From Vezdaea acicularis (Eukaryota), in the NCBI GenBank assembly GCA_026025075.1, contig JAPEUI010000044.1, forward strand, positions 62,001 through 125,718: a stretch of DNA of 63,718 bases, written 5' to 3'. The notes beneath the pieces were generated by a model. The model was not told the origin of the DNA and ran no database searches. It saw only the letters and a program-made list of their open reading frames with translations. How positions within the stretch are numbered: position 1 is the stretch's first letter; the number at the start of each line of letters is the position of its first letter. Positions 37,428 through 48,288 of the stretch are shown piece after piece. Made by a program: the position numbers and the translations under genes.

Positions 37428-38199
37428 TTCTGTACGGTCGGGCGAAGTGGTCTGGGAATGCCGACCCTGGATAGTCAGAGATCAGAGATTGCGCAAGACC
37501 TCAAAAGAGCAAGGTGCTCGATGCCATAGCTACCATTCGTCAACTCAAAAACGTCAGCAGTGAGACACAGCCTTGGTAGGGAGACAAGGGACTTGCTACT
37601 TCCATCCTGATTAAAGAGGGCATTGAAGAACCGCGATGACTGGCGACACCTAAGCAAGAATCCCGGAATCTGTCGGCTACACTTCCATGATATCGCATAG
37701 TAACGTCCCCAGCTTAGAAGCACTTCCAGAAGCTGCTTGAATCGACATCAAAGATGTACGGTCAAACATGAAACGCTTTGCTAGTAGGCACTATGCGAGC
37801 AAGGTAATCAGGCCCTCGCTCATTCCTCTGGCGTTTGTTTAGCATCTGTAAATAGCTGCTGGAGATATCAGGTATGATTCAGCGTATTGGTTGACTTCTA
37901 TTTCAGCTGAATGAAACCGCTCATACACTTCGCAACCACCTCATGGCTTGTAGTCTAAGTCATACGAAGAATAATCGGCAAACAGCATCGATACCTAGAT
38001 AAATCTTCACGTGAAGCGGGACGAGTCAGCCGAGAGGGAATGCCCTTCGATTTTGTCACTACAATATCTGCATCTGTATATAATGTGCATGATCATTGGG
38101 ATAGCGCTCCTCAAAGTACGCCAACAAGCTAACCAGTATTGCCCAACGCTGCCCCAGACCCAGACGCAAGAAAAGCCTAGAAGGTATTGACGCCAAAAG

Positions 38200-40724
38200 T
38201 TAAATCTCATCCTCAGGCGCCAAATCCCATTTTCTTGTCGTCAGTTTCCTCATTTTCTTTCCCGGAGTCTTTGTCTCTTTCCCATCATTTTCCTGCAGCG
38301 ACAATTGTGAGATCATAGGGAGTTCATCGCTTTGGCGGAGCTGCAGCTGCTTTACTCCCTTTTCAATCTCAGCATCTGTCTCTTCTGAGTTTAGGCGCAC
38401 TTTGGGTGTAGTTGGAACGAGAGGGGGCTTCTTATTTGGCTTGGTAGGGGAGCGGCACTGCAGTTCTCGCTCAAGCTGGTTGAGCTTGCGCCGAAGAGCG
38501 TCGTTCTCCGTCTCAAGCTCTTCGATGCGCTCCTCAGAAGACGGCTCAGGATCCTCATAGACTATTTCTCCCATCAGTGAACCATCATTTATTCAAGTGA
38601 TACTCAGGACTTACTCTGGATCGTCTTTGATAATATTTCAAGCTTTCGGTCTAGATGCTCATCATTCCGATCAGCTTCTTCGGCTCTTGCGCCCATCCAT
38701 CGATTCCTTTCTTCCTCAAGCCTTCTCTCCGTCTCTTCAGCACACTCTTCTCTGATTTCTTGTTCCATAGCCATGCATCTCTCCTCCGCGATTTGCCAAG
38801 CATTCTCAGCCTCACGGCGTCGCTTCTCCTCCTCTGCTAGACGTATTTGCACAATATCTAGCTTCTCACTCAAACGAGCTATCTCCGAAGCAGCAAATTC
38901 TATCTCTTCCGTAGTGAGAGAAGAGGGAGTTGTTCTTCCGCTAGTGAGCTGGCTTTTGTTGTTTGCTGTTGTGCCAGAGAAGATGGTAGAGGTGATTGAT
39001 GGGATTCGTGGCACAGTAATTTCACGAGCGAGAGCAGAGTAGCGGAGGATTTGTGAAGTCGCATTGAAGTCTCCTACAGGATCCGCAGTCACAATCATCA
39101 CGGCCTTCTGAGGGTTACGAGGAGTTGATGCGTTCTGATGTGAAGTGGCCGACGCTGGCGGAAACGAGTTGGAGAAGAGCAGCTCCGTGAGTTTGCATTG
39201 CCGGAATGGTACGAGAGCAGGCTATATATTCCTGTTCAGCACTTCATACTAGACTTCCTCGGCGGATAACTGACCTTACTACCACCAGCGTGGCTATCAC
39301 TCTGCATTTGCAGGCATTGACCGAGATACATCAAGCTCTCGTTGATCTTGCCAGCTTCAGCTAATGTCGCACCAGCCGTTTTTGCATCTCGGGCACGTTC
39401 GGAACCGGCAAGATCAACAATCGTCAACGTTGTCCCAACCCATGGAGCTGATGGATATCTAACCCGCTTCTTGACTTCGACACAAAAGAAGCCATGACTT
39501 CTCGAGCTGACGGAATTGCTGCCTGTTCCGGCGACTCTCCTCTCCATAAGTCCAGCTTCTAGGACCGTCAAAGCCTCATCGAGAGTGCCGCATATGACTT
39601 TCTTGAGGCCGGCGACGACTTTGCGATCCGGAGACTGTTCGGTTGACTTGAAAAGCAGTGCTCGCCGTCTTAGATCTCTCTGCGCTGCATATTTGGATGA
39701 AGCGGACGAAGCCTGTCCAGATAAAAGATCAAAGATTCGATCATTATAAACTTCATACATAGACACGACCACGGCATACTCTGCATTTTCATCTACAGAG
39801 ACCTGAACGTCGCCAACATCTGGGACTTGCACAAATGTGTTCGGACGTGGAATCGCATGCCGACGAGTTGATGGCCCAGGTGTGCCAATATCCTTTAAAG
39901 CGCCAAATCTGAGCTTAGCAAAATTTCTGGTAACTCGCTGTGTACTGAACATGGAGTGAAAAGGAGATCCTTGGTGGTCTTGTTTGGGAGAAGCCCCAGT
40001 ATTCAAGCCCACCAACGACGGATAAGAGCCCACTGCAGATGGGTACTTTAAAAATAAATCATCGCGTACCGTCATTGGCGTTCCAGCTCTCGATGATACG
40101 TTGTCTCCATAGAAGTTGTCCAAGAAGGCCGCTGCCGGGAGCAGCTGCGCTTCCGATGCATCGGCTAGGGCGAGCGAACGGTGAAGGGAAAGGGCGGAAG
40201 TAGGATGAAGAAGGTGATTGCGAAGAGATCGGAATAAAACGTCGAGAGACAGTTGAGTCAGCCCACGTTGAGAGCGTGAACCAAGTATAGTATGAGTCTA
40301 CGTTGTCAGCTTTGTCATAGCTCATCCATGAGATTGACTGTACCTTGCCTGAGCCAGTCATTCCTAATGTCGCAAGTAGACCATCTCTACCACTATGTCC
40401 GTTTGCTCCGACAACACCCTCAAGTAGCGTGATTACTCCAGTACCCTTAAAAAGATCTAGCTGGCTTGCCCCCTCCTCAAATACTCTTGTGAATGCAAAC
40501 TTCTCCACGGCTCTTCTTCTGGACTCCGCTGGCGGAGTAATTGTGATGTGAGTCGGCTTAGCATCTTGAATAAAGTCTGAAGGTTCTTCCACCGTCAAGA
40601 ATCTGCCGAACTGAGAAAGAATTGGGTATAGCGACTCTGTAGGAGTCATAGGTGCTGGCGGTGGTCTCAGTCGCAAATATACCTGGAAGAGCGATGTCGA
40701 AGCAGGTTTAGGCGGAGGCTCCAT
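38200..40724 (-). CDS. Kinesin-6 family motor protein (Klp9/MKLP-like)
   Basis: FQVYLRLRP, P-loop GMTGSGK|T across intron 40343-40298, switch I SSRSH, switch II DLAGSER, VPFRQCKLTEL after intron 39274-39222, coiled-coil tail, last intron 38614-38562. Long insert after the P-loop fits kinesin-6. Confidence 0.88.
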
Positions 40725-41303
40725 GACGGGTCCAAAAAGCAATGACTGAATATACAACAGGAAAAGGCAGTGAATCCAGTCCTTAATATGTCTCTAGAAG
40801 CACTTACTTTCGAAATTTCTGTAGATGTGTTATAATTTGACCTGTTGTCGGCTAACGATTACTTTGCTGGTGGTTGCCCCGGCAACAACCCCTGCTGGTC
40901 GCTTCTCCAGGATTGGGCTGCAAGTCCTTAGAGCAGGTTTATATTGGCGAGGCAAGACAAATCTAAGTCATTGCGATGAACCTGGGACCACTTCGGCACC
41001 CATAAAGTCAAGCACTGGAGACTATATCGCCACTTCTAAATATCTTTGACTGTGTCAAACTGAATCTTATCATTGCCATATGTCCGACACAACCCATTTT
41101 CGTATCCAATCCAGAAGAGTGTTGCTGATTAACATTATATTTTTGCACAAAAACCCAATTCCTCTGACTCTCAAACGGGGCAATTGACGGGATTCCTCCG
41201 CCTTGCTGCCTCGCTCACCTTCCATTCTGATATATCTTGGTATAACTTAGAGCTCCTACCCATACCGAAGTCTTTGCACAAGAAAGGAAAGAAACCAGCG
41301 ATA

Positions 41304-42607
41304 TCACTGGGTAGCTGCTGTGGGATTTGCTGCGACTGGTGGAGGTATAAATTGGGTATTTGCTGGCTCAGGCACGGGTTTGGTGCTCGTGGGAATTGGC
41401 GCACTATTTGTTGGCTCATCCCGAAGATCTTCAATACGACCTTCTGATGCTAGCTTATCAGCTTCGGCCTTCTCCTTCTCTAACCGTACTTCGCGCCCAC
41501 GCTTGTGGCAGTACCAAAATACGAAGAGTAGTACTAGTGATAGTCAGATCAAAAGGCGAATCAATAATGATGGACTGGACGTACTAAATAATGCCAAACT
41601 CCAGAGCACGTTAGCTCCCATGAAAGCAGGCCACCTTAGCTTGAGCACATTCATGATCGACTTTAACATAGCAACAATGGCTCCTGGTTTTGTGACTAAC
41701 TCCTTGAGACTTGGTAGCTTTGTGGCTGCCTTTGCTGCCATTTCAGAAAACCCGCCACCGGCCGCCCCAGCTCCTACATCGGCAGCTGCGAACCCTTGTG
41801 CTTCACTAGCAGCAGCGAGAACCTCAGGAGCAAGGGAGCCAGTCAATTTGGTAGGAAGAGACTTGACAAGTTTTTGTATGAATGGGGGAAGACTATTGAA
41901 GGATTTCTGCAACTGAGCTTGCGAGTTATCCAGAAGATGGGTAAGATCATCGTAAGCTGTCGGAACCCCGTTGACGAGGTCTTTCAAGACGAAGGTAAAC
42001 TTTTGAACTAGCTCTTGTGAAGCTGGAGAAAGCGCGAAGGCTCTGTTCTGGACAATGTTAGAAGATCAGTGGAGATAGCCTACACCTGGGCTCACCTTTT
42101 CAGCTTGAAGGTTCAGGCTCTCAAGTACGTCTGCTAGGTCCTGCTCTTCTTTTGTGGCCTCGGACTGGTTGACTGCTGAATTGGGCGTTAGTCCGTCTTC
42201 TTGCGCATGCTTCTTGTTCTGTCGAATCAATTCTTAGCAGTGCAATAGATCTATGTTCAACGTGGGATGAGACGGACCTTCTTTGTGGCAACTCTTTGAA
42301 GGAAAGAAAACCGGTTGGTCTTCTTCTCTTTTTCCTTATTTTTGGACTGGTGCTTCCCATGCACTTCTTTCGGCTCTTCGACTAGAGCATCGGGTGTAGA
42401 AATCTCTCTCGTGATAAGCTGAGCATCATTGCCCGTAGGATCGCCTGCTACGTCTGAAGGGAAAGGCTGCTGTGGAACAGCTGATTCGGGTTCTGGCGAC
42501 ACCATGCGCTCCAGGAATTGCTCATCTGTCTCGGAGAGCACTGGTGTCTTTGCAACCTTCTCCGCACGATGTTGCTTCACCTTCTTGTAATTGAAATACT
42601 CAAGCAT
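41304..42607 (-). CDS. Conserved fungal hypothetical protein with a C-terminal TM segment
   Basis: Multi-exon: MLEYFNYKKVK..., LKDLVNGVPTAYDDL, LKLRWPAFMGANVLWSLALF, last exon LLFVFWYCHKRGREVRLEKE...TQ*; canonical splice sites. Confidence 0.8.
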
Positions 42608-43260
42608 GATTGCGAGTACAAGACTTTGGTGTAACCAGCGGATGCCTTGTTCTTGCAACCAAGAGAATTTGGCAGTCAAAAAATATGCTTATCCTTCAAT
42701 ACGTAACTGAGCATAAACTACGTCATGCGTCAGGTTTGCGTTAGCGCGCTGTCGTGATTGGTCAGAGGACTGCGTAACGCTTGCTCACTTGGATTTCGCC
42801 TGAGCTAAGAAGTAATCTTCTCGCAGCTAAGGAGTGTCGCAATCATAACTGGGAAAGATAATGTCTCCCAAGGTCCAAGTTGATACTTGAGCAACTTTTG
42901 GAAAGTCTGGTTTCATATGCAGTCTTTGAATTAAGTGACTTAGTACACCTACTTTTACCGGCCATGGATTTGGATCCTAGGTTTTTCATTGTGCTCTTCT
43001 TCAAGCATTCTATATCCAATGTTCTCCGAAGAGAGAAGAATAAGGAATAGCTTCCTATTTCATCGTCTACGTCCAATTGTCCATTAGCCCGTGACATTGA
43101 CTTCGGTCCCTTTTCGGGATACTGATCCAGTCAACGCGATCCAGGGAAATCCTGTCTTGGACCTCTTTCGATACAAAGTTTTTGATAAATTGACTCGGCA
43201 TAACCTCATAGAGGTATGCCTCTCGTTAAGGCGATTCATTTGGCTCAGAGCCAAATGGAT

Positions 43261-43300
43261 AGTCCTTTCCTACGTACACCAGTCCTTTCCTACGTACACC
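43261..43300. repeat. Perfect 20-bp tandem duplication
   Basis: AGTCCTTTCCTACGTACACC x2. Confidence 0.95.
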
Positions 43301-43639
43301 CACTCTTCCTAGAAGCGTCCACACCCTCCAAATAAGCTTACCTGCTGAAGAATTTGAGCTGCTCTCAAAGGACATGTACTTCTGTCTTCATCTGCTGGGA
43401 GCGAATAATCCCTTTAATATTTTCCACTCCTTTGAAGAACACATAACTATTATGAGCATGCCTAGCTCTCCTCAAGTCGCTCATCATTTTCTAAGAGGAC
43501 AATGGTCAACGTATGGAAATAATTGGTTGATTGACTGAAAAAGATCTGCATCTATGAAATAGCTATGTGGCAGTGTGTGCTAAAATCCACCACTAGCCCT
43601 AATGGAGCAACCCTCCTGTGATTGGCAATCGAGTGTCAA

Positions 43640-43988
43640 GTCCCCCACCGAGCCATACATTCACTTCGGCTAATGGCACCTCGTTCATCCGACCTTAGTC
43701 TTATCTTCTCAAGGCCCTTACACGTTCAAAACTAAACCTCAATGCTCACTTCACGGACTAGTTCGAAGATCACTTCCTTCTCATACCTTGCTTCTAGGTT
43801 TGTCGCACAGTGTGGTCCCCCACTGAGCCACACATTCACTTCGGCTAAGGGCACCTCGTTTGTCCGACCTTAGTCTTGTCTTCTCAAGGCCCTTCCACTT
43901 TCAAAACTAAACCTCAGTGCTCACTTCACGGACTAGTTCGAAGATCACTTCCTTTTTCATACCTTGCTTCTAGGTTTGTCGCACTGTG
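43640..43988. repeat. Tandem direct duplication of ~175 bp (two slightly diverged copies)
   Basis: Copy 1 43640-43814 and copy 2 43815-43988 both run GTCCCCCAC...CTTCACGGACTAGTTCGAAGATCAC...GGTTTGTCGCAC, with roughly a dozen differences. Confidence 0.93.
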
Positions 43989-44278
43989 CTCTAGGGGTCT
44001 TAACTCTAGGCAAAAATTCATATCCTGCGTTTCTTGCTGCCAAAGCATTTTGAAACTAGCTCATAGACCTTCAAGGTAGATAATCACCGTCACGGCCACC
44101 ACCTTGCCTACTCTCATATTACTTGCAGGGCCGGTCTAATACCATTATTCTGGTTCACATTCATTGGCCGATATACTTCACGTAAGTCACTTTCACGTAC
44201 TACCAAATTTGCATACATCGCTTGCCCTAAAATACACGTGTGCCATATTGTTTTTTAATCCAAGTTTGGAACCTAGTC

Positions 44279-46277
44279 ATGGCGAGATCCAAAAGATCCT
44301 CGAAGGAACCCAAGTCCTTATCCAAAAGAGGCAATCAACGTCACGAGCCAGAGAAAATAGGGGCGGGTAGAGTAGCAAAGCCTCGCTCCCAAGGAAAACG
44401 GGTTTCTAAAGACTCTAAGAACAAAGACATGAGCAATGGTGACAATGAAAGCAACAATGAGGGCTTGAAGCGAGCTGAGGGCGCGGTCGCTGGGAATAAT
44501 CTTAATGTAGCAACACGACTTAGAAGCGGTCATGTGCTCCCTTCAACCTTCCAACCAAATGATCACTTGCCGCAAACATCCGGATCCCGCCCTCCAAAGC
44601 AGCAGACTGTCTCCTCGAACGACCATACGCCATCTGTTGCTAGCGAATTTACTTCCAATAAAGAAAGTTCTATGGCAGCCCGCAATATCTCAAAGAGTGA
44701 CATTTCCAGCATGGCCGGCTCTAAGAGGGTAAAAAAGCCTCCTGAACCTGGGCGCAAGCTGCAAGAATCGGAACTAATCATGGATAATTCCATTGATGAT
44801 ACCGCTTCGGGCGTGGCAGGCCTCGAGTCGATCAGAACTTCTTCCATTCACAACTTGGATCAACAGGAGTCGCCAATGGTCACAGACACTCTTTCCGATG
44901 GAGACACTATCAGCATGGCAAGCTTGACGAGGACAGAAAAATCTATCATCTTTGGGCACGGTCTGCATCAATCTGACATACCCGAGGACGATCAATATAG
45001 CGGGTACACATCAAGTACAGCAAGCTCTGAGCCGGTCGGAAATTCTCCTGTTCGTGGACTTGATCAACAGGTACCAGAAGTCACCATGGACAATTTTAGA
45101 CCCCCTTACTTCTCGAATGGCTGTCTCTCTCAAAGATATTTCTCATCATGTAAGCATGGTCCTTTCAATCGTTGTTGGTGACTAAATCTGAACATTCAAA
45201 ATCAGCTATCGCCCCAATGAGCGGATATATCCCTTCAGCAACTTTTTCCCAGCCCAAAATGTCTACGACAGCAGGCGTGTCAGATGGGGTTCTAAGTGAT
45301 AATCGAACAGAAGCATTGGAAGAGATCATGAAAGACGATCATAGCAAATCTAAAAAGGTCAAAGTATGTGGCAACAACCTTATTCTTCATTTTCTTAGTT
45401 GCATTTTCTATAGCAATTATTCCCATCTCTTTGCTAACCTCTATATAGCAAACGACACAATTTTCAACTTCAAAGAAGCAAATTACAGAGAATGCAGAGG
45501 TATGAGCTATTACTTCTGCTCTATCATTATGTTTATTTTAACTAATCATGCATTGATCTTACAACTGGGCTAACCCTCTGCATAGCGAAAGATGCATCCT
45601 GCAGCAATGCACCCTGCACCGGTCGAAAAGCAGCTTGCCAGCGGGCCCGCCAAGCTGGATCTACTTGATGGGCTTCCTGTTGTTTCAAGAAAAATCACCG
45701 TTGAGCTTGATTCGGATGATCAACGTCTTCTCGAGTTGAAGGCCACTAAACATACTTCAAGACAGATGGCTGTGATTTTTAAGGAGGAAGGTCGCAGACC
45801 CTTGAATGAAAAATCGTTCTATAGTCGATACAAGCGAATCACTGATATGCTTGCTGCCAAGAATGACTACCTTCTTAAGGAGAAGCTAGCCAAATGGACC
45901 AATGAGGAGGTACATCAACTGATAACTCTCACCGTTATCTTCAGTGCTCGATTGCTAATAAACCATTTTACCAGGACGCTCTTCTTGTACAGGCCGTTGA
46001 GGAATGTCGTAAAGAAAGGGCTCTGCGTCACCGTGAAATTGATGCTGCATTATGGCTCAAAGTCATGCATAACTTCAATGGGAAACTTCCAACACCCAAG
46101 TTCTCTGCTACTGCCTGCGAGAGGCGTTCCAAGGAACTTGAGGTGAATCCTACAGCATCTGCTCCATCTCCCGATCCGCAAGCTCTCGGAAATCGACCCA
46201 GCATTGCCGGCCAACGTCCAGGTCAATCTAATATGCTGTCTGGGCTTCCTACTTGTCGCGAAACTACTGTTCATTAG
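44279..46277 (+). CDS. Hypothetical protein with a disordered N-terminus and fungal Myb/SANT-like helical domain; may extend to 46743
   Basis: Introns 45150-45205, 45364-45448, 45500-45585 and 45910-45974 all splice in frame. LDSDDQRLLELK...SFYSRYKRI...KWTNEEDALLVQAV...LWLKV...FSATACERR is Myb-like. Confidence 0.68.
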
Positions 46278-46773
46278 CACAACTCTGTCCTACTCACCGG
46301 CTCATTCGACACATGTACCCTGACTAATGCGGAAGTAATTGAGTATCTAGCTGGTTTTGAAACGTAAGTTTTTCTCTTCTTCATGAAAGGGAGAGTGCCC
46401 CATTACGTCACACACATTTTATTTCCTGGGAGACCTCCAGTCACGTGTGATAAGTCCATTCTTTTATTGTTTCTTCCCCTTTCAACTTGAATTTATTCCA
46501 TAATCTCTGAATTGTATATTTTATTTGCTAATATGGGAGGTCCCCTCTAGTATACGTATCTTCATTGTCCCGGCGAGACCGAGGGAAATTCTGGTTGTGT
46601 TTGCCTCTGTCTTTGCGGCTACGGCCGTGCTGGAGAAACTTAATCCAAGCGTGATGGCGACGGCGCTAGGCAATATAGCTGTCCAGATTCAGCCCGTGGA
46701 TGCAGATGAGTGCGAGGCGTTCCTGGCTCTCCCCAGTTTTTAAAACGGGGGGTTTCAGATGCCACGTAGCTCT

Positions 46774-46947
46774 CCAGGCGTTACGGGAGTCCCCAGGCGT
46801 TAGGGGAGTCCCCAGACGTATTGGAGTACTCCAGACGTAATGAAGTTCTCCAGACGTTATAGGAATTCCTATACGTTATGGGATTCTTCAGATGTTACGA
46901 GTACTCCAGACGTCATGGGGCTCCCCAGACGTTATGGGGCTCTCCAG
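46774..46947. repeat. Non-coding minisatellite, ~9 degenerate copies of a 19-bp unit (consensus about CCAGACGTTATGGGGCTCC)
   Basis: CCAGGCGTTACGGGAGTCC, CCAGGCGTTAGGGGAGTCC, CCAGACGTATTGGAGTACT ... CCAGACGTTATGGGGCTCT; contiguous units without unique spacers. Confidence 0.88.
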
Positions 46948-47632
46948 AAGACGCAAGCGCGTGGCAGAAAAAAATTTTTTTTTTTCAACCTTTTTTCCCT
47001 TCATGCAGTTTTTAGATAGAAATTTTAATAATCCTTTCATTACGTGCAGACTCCCGTGACATGAAATGACTTTATTAGGTTAAGTCTTTTTCAAATTGTT
47101 CATTACGTTTGAGGACCCTCATAACGTGTGGTGAGGTTTCTATTCTTTACTTCCGGGTCTGATTTAATTTACGAATGGATAGCAATTTTTTTAAAATTCC
47201 AGCGATGGTTTTGCCCCATATATAAGTCCAAATTCTCTCACATTTGAAAAGTTCTGTGATTGCGAAACGGGCTTTGTGCTCCAAAAATCAAGCCTAAATT
47301 TCCATTACGTCTGGGGGCTTTCATTACGTGAGCGTGAGTCAAAGAAACACATAAGGATCTTTGTTTGAAGTTCCCTTGTTGTACAAAGATACGTCAAACA
47401 AAGACGGGCACAACTTCTTGAATGTGCCAAGTCTCTATGAAATGTGGAAGTGAATGATAGCATGGAGGCCTCCATATTACGTCCAGCACAGTCAATACTT
47501 TTTGAGTTTTGAGTCATTCTCTTGAAGCCATCATGAATTTCTCCTGGACAAAGCGTAGTAGCAAGTCCTTAGTCCCCTTTCTATTAACTCCATGTCCAGC
47601 AGACCACATTACTTGGGGGATCTCCCACGTTC

Positions 47633-48288
47633 TCAAACCTCAAACAGCCTCCCACCGGACCTCCTCACTATCACGCCCTTTGGATAGGTGACAGGGGCCG
47701 TCCCTGTGGGACAGTATGCTGTACCAGTTCCGGTACCAGCAGATCCTGTAGGGAAGATGCCCCAGCCAGTCGGAATTGGCAGAGTCGGAAAGACGCCTGA
47801 GCCGGTCGGGAAGACGCCTGAACCAGTTGGGAAGGTGCCTGAGCCAGTCGGGAAGACACCCGAGCCAGTTGGGATTGGCAGTGTTGGGAAAATTCCTGAG
47901 CCGGTTGGGAGAGACGGAGTTGGAAGCGATGAGCCTGGACCTGTCACGACTGGGTTTGGTGTAAAGAGGCAGTTGCAGGCACTAGTGATACGTGTTTCCG
48001 GGACTGTGTAAAGGTAGGTTGGGGTTGTTACTGTGGGAGCGGGCGAACTGGAAATTTTTGGTGTTAGAAGAGTTCTTGAATCCTCAGACAACCTACTCAC
48101 CCAGTATACAGAAAACCGGAACAGAAAGCGCTTGCTGAGGCACGATTCTCATCGCTACGTCCGCGGAGAGCACGAAGGACGTTATCGGCGTTGCACTGGG
48201 CACGGCGGTTGAGGAATGCATTTGGAGGGATTGCCGCCACGAATGAGAGTAGAATAGAAATGGCAAAGAAGGAACTTGTAAGGTACAT
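47633..48288 (-). CDS. Small secreted Cys-containing protein with PTGSG(V/I/T)F heptad repeats
   Basis: Signal peptide MYLTSSFFAISILLSFVAA; CNADNVLRAL...ASAFCS; intron 48100-48048 (GTGAGT...CTAAC...CAG); RITSACNCL then six 21-bp-based PTG(S/W)GxF units. Confidence 0.8.

Noticed and set aside
42843..43500. Possible decayed minus-strand gene in AT-rich DNA
   Set aside because: Fragments with stops and one GTAAGC donor but no recognisable homology; too weak to call a pseudogene.
46774..46947. CRISPR-like appearance of the 19-bp array
   Set aside because: Contiguous degenerate units without unique spacers, no cas genes, eukaryotic context.
47688..48011. Plus-strand ORF with PEPVGKT repeats
   Set aside because: Antisense of the secreted PTGSG-repeat gene, which has the signal peptide and canonical intron.
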